Positions 42,888-51,905 of a stretch of 64,000 nucleotides of DNA are shown in pieces. The position numbers and the translations under genes are program-made. Numbering within the stretch: the stretch's first letter is position 1; each line of letters opens with the position of its first letter. Where the stretch lies: contig CABRZR010000006.1 in the NCBI GenBank assembly GCA_902475535.1, positions 22,720-86,719 of the forward strand, in the 5' to 3' direction. The stretch is from an uncultured Coriobacteriia bacterium. Its GTDB lineage: Bacteria; Actinomycetota; Coriobacteriia; Coriobacteriales; QAMH01. Under the pieces are notes generated by a model. That model worked only from the letters and a program-made list of their open reading frames with translations. It did no database searches and was not told where the DNA came from.

Positions 42888-44954
42888 ATGATGCAAGAAT
42901 TCGAACATCTCATGTCACCCATCGAAATCGCCCCGAGCTTCAAGATGAAGAACAGGATCATGAAGGCGCCTCAGTCAACATGGAGGTGGAATCTCGATGG
43001 TACCGCCGATGGCAGCGCGGGCATTGACCTATACGAGAGCATGGCCAAGGGCGGTGTCGGTGCCATCGACATAGCCGGCATCAACTGGGAGCCGCCGGTA
43101 GGTGGCGGCATCTACCTCTGCGCCTACGATGACAGGTTCATCTCGGGCCTCACCGAGCTTGCCGAGCGTCTGCACAAGTACGATTGCCGCGTGATCGGCC
43201 AGCTCCATCATGGCGGTCCGCTCGCTCCCGTGCAAGGCGGCGGCAGGCCCATCTGCGCCTCGACGCTCGAAATAGAGGACCTTCCCACCCCTCCTCCCGA
43301 GGGACTCGCGACCCATGGTCTCACGCACGACGAGCTCATCGAGAAACGCCAGCTCATCGTCGATGCAGCCGTACGCTTATGGAAGGCCGGTTTTGATGGC
43401 GTGGAAATCCACGCGGCCCACGGTTACTTCCTCAACAGCTTCCTCAGCCCCATTTGGAACCACCGCGATGACGAGTACGGCCCCCAGACGGCCGAGAGCC
43501 GCACGCGCATCATGAAGGAGATTCATGACATGGTACGCGACGCATGCGGGCCGGACTTCGTCATAGGCACGCGCATCAACGGCCAGGAATGGTCTCCGCT
43601 CGTCTCGGGCGGCATCACGCCCGAGCTCGCCGTCAAGAATGCCAAGGCCCTCGAATCCTATGGTTACCAGTACATAAGCGTATCGGGATATGGATACGGC
43701 AAGCTCCCGTTCCGCTACTGTCCCGACTACTTCCCCTACCCCGATCCGGAATCCTTCATGGAACCCTATATGGAGGATTTCAACGATCTTGGCATCCTCA
43801 TGCCGGGAATCCGAGCCGTCAAGGAAGCCGTTAACGTTCCGGTCATCGGCGTCGGCCGCATGGACGAGGTCAAGGGCGAGCGCGTGCTGCGAGAGGGATA
43901 TGCCGATATCATCGCCTACGGGCGCTACCTCTGGGCCGATCCCGAGTTCGCCAACAAGGTCAAGGAGGGTCGTACCGACGAGATTCGCCGGTGCAATCGC
44001 TGCGCGAGCTGCGAGGATCCCGTCACGTCCCCTCGCATCTGCCGCGTGAACCCCGCGCTCGGACGCGAACGCGAACTCGAGCTCAAACCCGTCGAGACAA
44101 GCAAGAAGGTCATGGTGATCGGCGGTGGCACGGCGGGAATGCAATGTGCGCTCGATGCCGCCGAACGTGGATTCGACGTGACGATATACGAGAAGAAGGG
44201 CGAACTCGGTGGCCGCATCAAGCTCGCCTCCATGATAAAGGGCGACAAGGACGAAGACGTCATGCCGCTTTTCGATTACCTCACCACCATGATCGAGAAG
44301 TCCAACGTCACCGTCAAGCTCAAGACCGAAGTGACATTGGACCTCGTGAAACGCGAGAAACCGGACATCGTCGCGCTCGCAGACAGCTCTCCCTACTTCA
44401 TTCCCGACATCGAGGGCATCGACCGAAAGAACGTCTTCACGATACCGGCAATGACCAAGCTTGCCTCCATCCCCATGAAGATGTTCGGTCCCAGAAAGCT
44501 CGCGACCATGAGCGAAAAGGTCTTTCCCGTCGGCAAGAAGATCGTGATTCTGGGTGCCGGCGCCGAGGGAGCCCAATGCGCGACGTTTTTGGCTCATCGC
44601 GGGAAGGAAGTCGTCCTCCTTGCCGAGACCGAAGACGTTGGCGGCCTCGTGCCCCAAAAGTACAAGGTACGCCTCGTTCCGTGGTTCGAGGAGCATGGCG
44701 TGCGCATCGTCTATAACTCGCAACTGCTGCGCATCGAGAAGAAGTCGGTGACTGTCGAAGTCGATGGGAAAGCCGAGGAAATTGCCTGCGATAGCGTGAT
44801 GGTCATGCTTCCGGAACAACATGACCCCAGCTTCTACGAACAACTCGTGCAGATCGTGCCCGAGGTCTACGAAATCGGCTCGACACTCGGAGGCGACAAC
44901 GCCTTCCTGAAACATGCGATGCTCGACGGACGCTTGGCGGCCGTGAAGATGTAA
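42888..44954 (+). CDS. FadH/OYE-type Fe-S flavoenzyme, paralog B
   Basis: 688-aa ORF. By eye, 41 of the first 66 aligned residues are identical to paralog A. It has the same Cys cluster spacing (CNRCASCEDPVTSPRIC) and the same dinucleotide folds (VMVIGGGTAGMQCA, VILGAGAEGAQCA). Confidence 0.88.
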   Translation: MMQEFEHLMSPIEIAPSFKMKNRIMKAPQSTWRWNLDGTADGSAGIDLYESMAKGGVGAIDIAGINWEPPVGGGIYLCAYDDRFISGLTELAERLHKYDCRVIGQLHHGGPLAPVQGGGRPICASTLEIEDLPTPPPEGLATHGLTHDELIEKRQLIVDAAVRLWKAGFDGVEIHAAHGYFLNSFLSPIWNHRDDEYGPQTAESRTRIMKEIHDMVRDACGPDFVIGTRINGQEWSPLVSGGITPELAVKNAKALESYGYQYISVSGYGYGKLPFRYCPDYFPYPDPESFMEPYMEDFNDLGILMPGIRAVKEAVNVPVIGVGRMDEVKGERVLREGYADIIAYGRYLWADPEFANKVKEGRTDEIRRCNRCASCEDPVTSPRICRVNPALGRERELELKPVETSKKVMVIGGGTAGMQCALDAAERGFDVTIYEKKGELGGRIKLASMIKGDKDEDVMPLFDYLTTMIEKSNVTVKLKTEVTLDLVKREKPDIVALADSSPYFIPDIEGIDRKNVFTIPAMTKLASIPMKMFGPRKLATMSEKVFPVGKKIVILGAGAEGAQCATFLAHRGKEVVLLAETEDVGGLVPQKYKVRLVPWFEEHGVRIVYNSQLLRIEKKSVTVEVDGKAEEIACDSVMVMLPEQHDPSFYEQLVQIVPEVYEIGSTLGGDNAFLKHAMLDGRLAAVKM

Positions 44955-45041
44955 GTGCGCTCGGTCTGGGGCATATAAGAGCGCAGCGTCCCAAGAGCAT
45001 AGGCGCCACAGGTGTTGGCCTGCCAGCCAGCACGTCACTCC

Positions 45042-45087
45042 GGGCGGGTGAGGGTCCCTCCTCCTCACTCGCCCCCTCCTTTTTTTA
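45042..45087 (+). terminator. Probable intrinsic terminator of ene-reductase B
   Basis: The stem GGGCGGGTGAGG / CCTCACTCGCCC pairs at 11 of 12 positions. It is followed by CCTCC and then a T7 run (45080-45086). Confidence 0.5.
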
Positions 45088-45089
45088 CG

Positions 45090-45488
45090 TTACCAACCTA
45101 CCGTGCGCTTGGAGCCATCTGCCAGAGACTCGAAGGTCGCCGTCGCGTTCTTGAAGTACAGAACGATGGTGTTGTCGTCGTTCTCGTCGTACATGCCACG
45201 CAGCGCGGGATAGTTGTCGAGCATGTGCTTCTTGGCCTCGACACTGTCATCGGGTACGAGCTCGCCGGAAAGACGCAGCCACTCAGGGCCGACACAGGCA
45301 CATATCTCGACCTGCGGATGATCCACAATCTGCCGGTAGACCTTCTTGGACTTGCCCGTCTGGATATACAGCTTGCCGTCGTACAGGTCGACGGTGCCGA
45401 AGGGACGCACACGCGGCTCGCCGTTCTCGACCGTTGCCAGGTAATACGTGGGTGCCTTTTCCTTGAGAAACTCGTAGACCTCGTCCAT
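45090..45488 (-). CDS. Pyridoxamine-5'-phosphate-oxidase-like FMN-binding split-barrel protein
   Basis: The ORF was trimmed to the ATG at 45486-45488, 6 nt after AAGGAG, giving 132 aa. The sequence begins MDEVYEFLKEKAPTYYLATVENGEPRVRPFGTVDLYDGKLYIQTGKSKKVYRQI, typical of the small PNPOx-like family. Confidence 0.7.
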   Translation of the reverse strand: MDEVYEFLKEKAPTYYLATVENGEPRVRPFGTVDLYDGKLYIQTGKSKKVYRQIVDHPQVEICACVGPEWLRLSGELVPDDSVEAKKHMLDNYPALRGMYDENDDNTIVLYFKNATATFESLADGSKRTVGW

Positions 45489-45569
45489 GGAACGCTCCTT
45501 CTTGTGTTTGCTCACTGCAATCATGCCGCCAAAAGGACGACGTGCAGATGCAGTATAGGACAATCCGCC

Positions 45570-46328
45570 CTACAAGAGCGCACCAAACAAATCACTTGCG
45601 AGCTTGATGGCAAAGAGCACGATGACCACGAGCATGATGGGACGCGTGATTGACGAGCCCTTCTTGTGGAAGAGCGTCGCGCCAATCCAGTTGCCCGCGA
45701 TGTTGAAGAGACCCGCTACGAGACCGAGGACGACGATGGCGTTTCCACTCGCCAGAAAGACCACGAGCGCGGCGAGGTTGGTCGAGAGGTTAATCGCCTT
45801 GGTTGTTCCCTGCGCCTGCTCGAGCGGAAGATGCGCAAGCGTGGTAAGCAGCAGAATAAGGAACGTACCCGTCCCGGGCCCGTAAAAGCCATCGTAGATG
45901 CCAATCGCGAATGCTATCAATCCCGTAAGCGCGAAGGTCCTCGTCCGCGAAAGCGGGCTTTCGGCGAACCCATCCAGATCGCGCGTTCGGAGCACGATAT
46001 AGGCAATCAGGGGTAGCGACACGAGCATGAAGACCATGAGCACCACGCTGTCGGCCACGAGGGCGAGGTTTGAACCCAGGAACGAGCCGACCAGACCGCA
46101 GGCGACGCCGAGTATGACGAGCCACTTCACCATGTAGCCGTATATCACGTAGCGAATGGTGGCAACGGTGGTGCCCATCGTGCTCGAGAGCTTGTTGGTG
46201 GCAATCGCGTTGTGGACGGGAAGGCCGGCAAAGAAATAGGCAGGGAGGGAAATCAGGCCCCCTCCGCCGGCTATGGCATCGACCAGGCCCGCCAAGAAGA
46301 CGAGCGGGCAGACGACGAGATACTCCAT
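45570..46328 (-). CDS. TauE/SafE-family anion exporter-like membrane protein
   Basis: The ORF was trimmed to the ATG at 46326-46328, which removes the overlap with the upstream gene. The product is 252 aa with MEYLVVCPLVFLAGLVDAIAGGGGLISLPAYF and a second GxGxF-type repeat (IYDGFYGPGTGTFL). Confidence 0.75.
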   Translation of the reverse strand: MEYLVVCPLVFLAGLVDAIAGGGGLISLPAYFFAGLPVHNAIATNKLSSTMGTTVATIRYVIYGYMVKWLVILGVACGLVGSFLGSNLALVADSVVLMVFMLVSLPLIAYIVLRTRDLDGFAESPLSRTRTFALTGLIAFAIGIYDGFYGPGTGTFLILLLTTLAHLPLEQAQGTTKAINLSTNLAALVVFLASGNAIVVLGLVAGLFNIAGNWIGATLFHKKGSSITRPIMLVVIVLFAIKLASDLFGALL

Positions 46329-46353
46329 GACGCCTTGACGACCCCAGGCTCTG

Positions 46354-46842
46354 CTAGGCCAGACGGCTCTTCTTGGTGACAGGGCAGGTGATGCTCTTGC
46401 CTTGCCTGATGAAGTGGACGAGGAAGCCGACACCCGCGAGAGCGAGTGCGATGCCGAGGCCCGTATAGAAGAACGCGACGAACCAGGTTGGGACGATGCC
46501 GAAGCTCCTGAGCGAAATGCCGCCACCCATCATGACGGCCATGATGATGTACCCCTTCACGTCGAAGAAGCGGAGCACGTGCATACGGTTTTCGCCGTAT
46601 CCCCTGATGCGATCGGCATGCTTGCCGACGAGTTTGCTGAACATCATGTGAAAGAGGACCCAAATGACCGGGATTCCGACGACGAGCATCCAAAGGGGCG
46701 TCGTTCCCTCCTCGATCGCAAGCACGCCGAGACGGGCGATGTTCACACCAGCGATGAACCAGACGGCAGCGGCAATGAGCAGCAAGTACTTCGAACGAAC
46801 CTTGAACACGAGCGAACCTCCCAGATGCGCACGAGAACGCAA
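46354..46842 (-). CDS. Small membrane protein of unknown function (4 TM)
   Basis: 162-aa ORF with four hydrophobic helices. It lies 25 nt upstream of the TauE-like gene. I recognise no motif. Confidence 0.5.
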   Translation of the reverse strand: MRSRAHLGGSLVFKVRSKYLLLIAAAVWFIAGVNIARLGVLAIEEGTTPLWMLVVGIPVIWVLFHMMFSKLVGKHADRIRGYGENRMHVLRFFDVKGYIIMAVMMGGGISLRSFGIVPTWFVAFFYTGLGIALALAGVGFLVHFIRQGKSITCPVTKKSRLA

Positions 46843-46970
46843 TGATACGTCCTGTGATTCTACACCCCATGGGCATGCGCGACGACCCAGAGAGTCAAGT
46901 TGTCACATGGCAGGACTGAGACAGTGAGACATTAGGCGTGGCCCCCTGCTTCACTGCCTCGGTCCTGCCT

Positions 46971-47010
46971 CAAAGAAAAGGAGGGAACGCGGACAAGCCG
47001 CGCTCCCTCC
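46971..47010 (-). terminator. Intrinsic terminator of the transporter/molybdoenzyme operon
   Basis: The stem GGAGGGAACGCGG / CCGCGCTCCCTCC pairs at 12 of 13 positions, with a 5-nt loop ACAAG. On the minus strand it is followed by TTTTCTTTG. It lies 37 nt after the LctP-like stop. Confidence 0.65.
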
Positions 47011-47046
47011 ACGCATCCCTCCAGATGCGATTCCCGGTTAAAAAAC

Positions 47047-48675
47047 CTAGGCGGGAATCGTGATGGCGAATATCTGGGACATGATTACCGAGATGGTCAC
47101 CAACACAAGGGCATAGGGAAGCACCTTGCGCAGAACCTGACTTTCGGCACCGACCTCGTCAAGCGAAGCAGCAGACTGCTGGAGCTTCACCGGCGTGATG
47201 ACGGATGCAAGGCCGGCGGCAATGCCACCGGACGCGATGACCGCCAGCGGATTCAAGCCGAGATCCTGTGCGGAAATCAGGTTGTAATTCGCGAACAGCG
47301 CGATCGTCGAGGTCTCCGAACCAGTCACGAAGCCGGCGAGCAGACCGAGGAAGCCGTTGGCAACCGGATACCACCAGCCAAATGCCGCAGCGGCGGAATG
47401 CGCCCACAGCGCGATGATGTTGGTGTCCTGATTCGCGGGATCGAGGAACCACGTCTCGACACCAGCGGCATTGACGCCAAACTTGTAGCCCGAGTACATC
47501 ATGACGTAAGCGATCATGAAGTAGACGATGGAGCTGATGGTGGGCGGAGCCCAGCGCTTGTTCCACTTCTTGAGGATGGTTCCCCAACTCGAACCATTAC
47601 GCGGCTTGAGCCAGATGGCGGAGATGAGGGTCGAGATGAGCACCCAGAAGTAGGCGTTCCAGATCACGCGCATGGGCTGACCGGCATCGCCAGGCCACAG
47701 GATGACGCGCATCTCGAGCGGACCAGAGTACAGGATGTCCTTGAGCGGACCAACGAAGTTGGTGATCACGCAGAAGAAGATAAGAAGACCCCAGGGAAGC
47801 AGAGCTTTCCAGAGCGGGATTTCCTTCTCGAGCTCCTTGTCCTCTTCGGTCAAACCCGACCTGTCGAAGAACTGGATGCCACGTATCTTCATGTAGAGCA
47901 GCATCACGACCAGCGAGCACGCGCCACAGAGAACGCCCATGAGAACGATGGACTGCGGAACGAGATGGCTGAACATGAACGCGAAGCCACCCATGCACAG
48001 ACCAGTGATCAACGCAGGCAGCCAACCTTGCTTGAGCAGCTTGGCACCACCTGCCATGAAGAGCATGGCGAGGCAGATGCACGGCGTGATGACAGGCAGG
48101 TAATTGGTGAAGTACTGCGCAACAACTTGCAACGTCGGAGCCGTACCGTCTATCATCGTGAAGCCGGCGCCAGTCAGGATGTCCGTAAGCGTGACGACGG
48201 TCGCGCCCAACATGGCAAACGTGCAAAGCGAATCGTAGCCGATGCAAGGCAGTGCAACGGCGATGACGGTCGTGTAGCCCAAGGCGAACATGATCGGCGG
48301 CAAGATGATTGCGGGGGTCGCACCCACGCAAACGAGCATCGAGCCGAGGATGACGTTGATGACCATGATCTGGCAGGGCTTGTCGCCATGCGAGAACGTC
48401 TTGATCCAGACAACGACACGTTGCAAGGCGCCGGTTTCCTGCATGAAGGTGATCTGCAGGAGCGCGAAGAATCCCATACCGGTGATCGCCATCGATGCGA
48501 GCAGGCCCTTGAGCGAGGCGAGCAAGCTGAAGACGAAATCGGTATTGAAGAAGAACACCGCGACGGCAATGGTGAGTATCCAGCCCACCGTACCGGTGAT
48601 GTCACCGCGCACCTTGAAGCCGACGATCATCACGATCATGACGATAATCGGTATAAAAGAAATCAGAAGATTCAT
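47047..48675 (-). CDS. LctP-family (L-lactate/glycolate permease family) carboxylate transporter, divergent member
   Basis: 542-aa polytopic ORF. The C-terminal region GFVTGSETSTIALFANYNLISAQDLGLNPLAVIASGGIAAG aligns by eye to the conserved TGSDTSSNALFA...GG.TGK region of E. coli LldP. Confidence 0.7.
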   Translation of the reverse strand: MNLLISFIPIIVMIVMIVGFKVRGDITGTVGWILTIAVAVFFFNTDFVFSLLASLKGLLASMAITGMGFFALLQITFMQETGALQRVVVWIKTFSHGDKPCQIMVINVILGSMLVCVGATPAIILPPIMFALGYTTVIAVALPCIGYDSLCTFAMLGATVVTLTDILTGAGFTMIDGTAPTLQVVAQYFTNYLPVITPCICLAMLFMAGGAKLLKQGWLPALITGLCMGGFAFMFSHLVPQSIVLMGVLCGACSLVVMLLYMKIRGIQFFDRSGLTEEDKELEKEIPLWKALLPWGLLIFFCVITNFVGPLKDILYSGPLEMRVILWPGDAGQPMRVIWNAYFWVLISTLISAIWLKPRNGSSWGTILKKWNKRWAPPTISSIVYFMIAYVMMYSGYKFGVNAAGVETWFLDPANQDTNIIALWAHSAAAAFGWWYPVANGFLGLLAGFVTGSETSTIALFANYNLISAQDLGLNPLAVIASGGIAAGLASVITPVKLQQSAASLDEVGAESQVLRKVLPYALVLVTISVIMSQIFAITIPA

Positions 48676-48863
48676 TACTCATTCCCTCCTATTCAGAATG
48701 AGCGGGTCGTTCGTCGAGCTGCCATTGAGGCCCGCCTTTCCCCATACACGGACCAGACAGCACGCGAATCATCAAGTTTCTAGAACGTAAAACGAAACCA
48801 ATAGCAAGAAGCTGGAGGCTCCCTCCATACCGAAACCTCCAGCTTCGCCAAGCGTAAGACCGC

Positions 48864-49073
48864 TTACTTGAACTTCCTGTCCTGGTTGCGACGCTCCGAC
48901 TCGTCAATGGGCTTATAGGTAGCACCAGCGATGTCGTCGGTAATCACCTTGTCGGCACCACACTTCTTGCAAGTCGGCGCCTCCGCAGCGTTGAACGTTC
49001 CGCACTCAGGGCACTTCCAAAGGATGTTCCCGATTGGGGGCGGCCTAAAACCGCCTTTCATCTGTTGAGACAT
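48864..49073 (-). CDS. Zinc-ribbon mini-protein (69 aa), paralog 1
   Basis: The RBS GGGAGG lies 5 nt upstream. The sequence contains FRPPPIGNILWKCPECGTFNAAEAPTCKKCGA, with two CxxC knuckles. By eye, 17 of 32 aligned residues are identical to the ORF at 52037-52240. Confidence 0.7.
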   Translation of the reverse strand: MSQQMKGGFRPPPIGNILWKCPECGTFNAAEAPTCKKCGADKVITDDIAGATYKPIDESERRNQDRKFK

Positions 49074-49114
49074 AACAACCTCCCAAGCTAGTCAATACTT
49101 ATGCTTGCCTTCGA

Positions 49115-49537
49115 CTATTTGTCCTGGTCCAGCGTGAAAAGGACCATCTTCGGCTTCTCGGCGGCCTTCTTTGCCAGCTCTTCGATCGGGCCATAGAACA
49201 TGACGCCGGACTGGCAATGATGCACGCACATGGGAAGTCGTCCCTCGGCGACGCGGTCCGCGCAGCCATCGCACAGGTCGGTGGGCATCGGAACATACGT
49301 CCACTCCCAGTCGCCCTTGACGTTCTTGGTGGGACCGTACTCGAGGGTCTTGATTCCCCACTGCTCAGCGTCCAGGCCAAGGTGCATCTGGCACGCAATC
49401 TCGCAGGAGTGGCAATCAGTGCAGAACTCGTAGTCAATGAGCAGACCATTCTGGACGGGCTTCGCATTGTAATCCTTGAACTCGGCCCAGTACTTGAATG
49501 CGTCAAAACCACGGTTCATCTCTTCTGCTGTAGGCAT
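49115..49537 (-). CDS. Small 2x[4Fe-4S] ferredoxin-type electron-transfer subunit
   Basis: The ORF was trimmed to the ATG at 49535-49537, 9 nt after GAGGGGG, giving 140 aa. Cys clusters are CTDCHSCEIAC and CDGCADRVAEGRLPMCVHHC. Its start lies 4 nt after the stop of the molybdoenzyme gene. Confidence 0.8.
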   Translation of the reverse strand: MPTAEEMNRGFDAFKYWAEFKDYNAKPVQNGLLIDYEFCTDCHSCEIACQMHLGLDAEQWGIKTLEYGPTKNVKGDWEWTYVPMPTDLCDGCADRVAEGRLPMCVHHCQSGVMFYGPIEELAKKAAEKPKMVLFTLDQDK

Positions 49538-49541
49538 TCTC

Positions 49542-51905
49542 TTACACCCCCTCAAAGCGCGTGAAGTGGAAGCCGGTAAGGGGCTCGGTCGTGATGAGCT
49601 CGGTCTCGCTATGGTCGTTCTCCGGCGTCACCTTGTAGCACTTGCACAGGGTCGACTTGTAGGGAGCACCATAGTGAGTCGGGCCATAGACGCCCATGGT
49701 GGTGAGGTTGTTGGCGTTGCAGTCGAACACGCCATACAGATGCGGCTCGGCCGCCTCCTCCTCGGGGAACCACCAGCCGTGACGGGCACGGACCAGGTTG
49801 GGCATCAGGCCAGGAGCGATGTGAGCCTGCTGCTTGCACCTACCGCGGGGGTTCTCGAACCAGACCCACTCGCCCTCGACGACGCCAAGCTCCTCGGCGA
49901 GCTCGGGCGAGATGTCGCAGATGGCCGTCGGATGAATCTGACGCATGTGCGGCAACTGACGATGCTCGGAGTGGAACAGGCCGATGTGGCGGTGTCCGGA
50001 CGTGTAGATGAGCGGATACTCCTTGAAGAGCTCCGGAGTGCGATACGGCGACTCGTAGGGCTCCATGTGATGCGGCAGCGGATCGAAGCCCCAGACGTCG
50101 AACAGCGGCGAGTAGATCTCGAAGAGACCGGTCGCGGTAACGAAGCCGGGATTGCCATCCTCGCGGAGCAGACCCTTCTCGTACTTGCGATACGTCTCGT
50201 TCCAATCCCACCAGTCGTACACCTTCTCCTTGAGGTCCTGGAAGGTGTAGTCGACGCCGTTGCCCTCGTCCTGGATCATCCAGGTGAGGAAGTCCTCGGT
50301 CGTCTCGAACTGGCCGTAGAACTCGGGGTTGAAGCGCTTGCCCATCGTGACAACGAGCTCTTCGTCAGACTTGCACTCGTAGTAACGACCGGCGGACGCG
50401 GTGATGGTGCGCAGCGGCTGCCACCAAGAACGATAGGAATCGCGCTCGATGGACATTGCCATCGGAAGGACGCAGTCGGCAAATGCGACGGCAGTCGGGG
50501 TCAAGTAGTAATCGGCAACGATCGTGTACTTGATGTTCTTCCATGCCTTGTAGACGCGCGGAGCATCGCCGGCCATGTTGGCAATCGGGTTGGTCTGCTC
50601 GACCCAGATGAGCTGCGGGCGATAGGGGACGCCAGTCTCCATGGCCTCGAGCAGCAGATCGGGCGGGATGAACGGCGTGTAGCCCGCCTTGTGGATCGGG
50701 GACTGCGTCGTGCCAATGCGGCGGTCGAGCATCTCGGGAGAGATGAACTCGAGGCCGGCGCCATACTTCTTGGAGGAGTTGTAGGCGTAGCGAACCAGCA
50801 CGTTGCCGCCAGGAACGTCGAGATTACCGCAAATGGCGACCATGTCGTCAATGGCGTTGGACGCCTCCATGGCGGAAATCTGCATGTCGATGGCAAGGCC
50901 CCACTGAATGCCAGCGGGCTTGGCCTGGGCGTACATGCGGGCGGCATCGATGATGTCCTGCTCCTCGACCCAGCAGATCTCGGCGACCTTGTCGGTCGGA
51001 TACTCCTGGACACGCTCGACGAGCGACTCGAAACCGTAGGCCCACTTCTCGGTCCAGTCATGATCGTACAGATCCTCGTTGATGATGACGTTGAGCATGC
51101 CAAGGGCAAGCGCGCAGTCAGTACCAGGACGAATCTGCAGCCAGATGTCAGCCTTGGAAGCAAGCCAGGTCAGCGCGGGATCGACGACGACGAACTTCGT
51201 GCCCATGCGCATGAGGTCGATGAGCCAGTGGCCCATGAAACCGTCCGGGTTGGATGCGAGCGGCTGGTTGGCCCATACGATGACGACCTCGGGCTTGACC
51301 CACTCCGCATTGTTATAACGGTCGGGGTGCAGCTGGGCGTTATCGAGAATCCAGCAGTCACCTTCCTGCAGCAGGTTCGCGGTCATGCGCGGCTGATAGC
51401 AGGAGTCTGCCGAAAGGAAGCCAAAGGACATGTTCGGCGAACCGAAAGCGGTACGCAGAACCATGGCGCCCTGCCACATGGCGTTACGGCCAGTACCCGA
51501 AAGGGCGACGACGCCCTCGGGGCCGATTCCGCCAAACTCATCACGAATGATGCGGCAGCAATCCTGGAAGGCCTCTTCGATGAAATCGAGAGCCTCGTCC
51601 CAGGTTACGCGCTTCCACTTGTTCGAACCCTTTTCTCCGTCCAGGAGCAGCGGCCATTTCATGCGATCATGGTTGTAGATCTGCTCAACCATGTTGAGAC
51701 AGCGTAGGCAAAGACGACCCTGGTTGTATGCGAAATTGGGATCGCCCTCAACGCGCTCGAGCTTGCCATCCTTTGCGTAGGCGAGAACGCCGCAGCCATT
51801 GTGACAGCCAGGACCAGTCCAAACAGAAGTACGCGTTACCTCGTATCCATCTTCGAACCAACGCCAATCTGTCTTGTACAAGTCTTTGTTCAGCTCATTG
51901 ATCAT
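49542..51905 (-). CDS. Molybdopterin (bis-MGD) oxidoreductase catalytic subunit, no Tat signal (predicted cytoplasmic)
   Basis: 787-aa ORF. The N-terminal Fe-S region is GPGCHNGCGVLAYAKDGKLERVEGDPNFAYNQGRLCLRC. The body has the typical DMSO-reductase-superfamily layout. The N-terminus MINELNKDLYKTDWRWFEDG has no RR motif or hydrophobic signal. Confidence 0.85.
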   Translation of the reverse strand: MINELNKDLYKTDWRWFEDGYEVTRTSVWTGPGCHNGCGVLAYAKDGKLERVEGDPNFAYNQGRLCLRCLNMVEQIYNHDRMKWPLLLDGEKGSNKWKRVTWDEALDFIEEAFQDCCRIIRDEFGGIGPEGVVALSGTGRNAMWQGAMVLRTAFGSPNMSFGFLSADSCYQPRMTANLLQEGDCWILDNAQLHPDRYNNAEWVKPEVVIVWANQPLASNPDGFMGHWLIDLMRMGTKFVVVDPALTWLASKADIWLQIRPGTDCALALGMLNVIINEDLYDHDWTEKWAYGFESLVERVQEYPTDKVAEICWVEEQDIIDAARMYAQAKPAGIQWGLAIDMQISAMEASNAIDDMVAICGNLDVPGGNVLVRYAYNSSKKYGAGLEFISPEMLDRRIGTTQSPIHKAGYTPFIPPDLLLEAMETGVPYRPQLIWVEQTNPIANMAGDAPRVYKAWKNIKYTIVADYYLTPTAVAFADCVLPMAMSIERDSYRSWWQPLRTITASAGRYYECKSDEELVVTMGKRFNPEFYGQFETTEDFLTWMIQDEGNGVDYTFQDLKEKVYDWWDWNETYRKYEKGLLREDGNPGFVTATGLFEIYSPLFDVWGFDPLPHHMEPYESPYRTPELFKEYPLIYTSGHRHIGLFHSEHRQLPHMRQIHPTAICDISPELAEELGVVEGEWVWFENPRGRCKQQAHIAPGLMPNLVRARHGWWFPEEEAAEPHLYGVFDCNANNLTTMGVYGPTHYGAPYKSTLCKCYKVTPENDHSETELITTEPLTGFHFTRFEGV

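Noticed and set aside
43377-45068. 563-aa ORF on the minus strand
   Set aside because: It is antisense to ene-reductase B, which carries clear OYE, Fe-S and dinucleotide-binding motifs. It is a shadow ORF.
29810-45488. Calling the island a bai operon or an equol cluster
   Set aside because: There is no CoA ligase or transferase (baiB/baiF) and no BaiJ/K/N-type gene. There is also no tetrahydrodaidzein-reductase-like flavoprotein, no racemase and no ETF gene. Only the general enzyme families are shared.
46329-46526. 66-codon N-terminal extension of the TauE-like ORF
   Set aside because: It would overlap the 3' end of the upstream membrane-protein gene by 170 nt, and it encodes Ser/Ala/Arg-rich sequence. 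The first TM helix begins right after the internal ATG.
49476-51707. 743-aa ORF on the plus strand
   Set aside because: It is antisense to the molybdopterin oxidoreductase gene. It has no recognisable motifs, and its composition (runs of R, G, V, D, L) is typical of a shadow frame.
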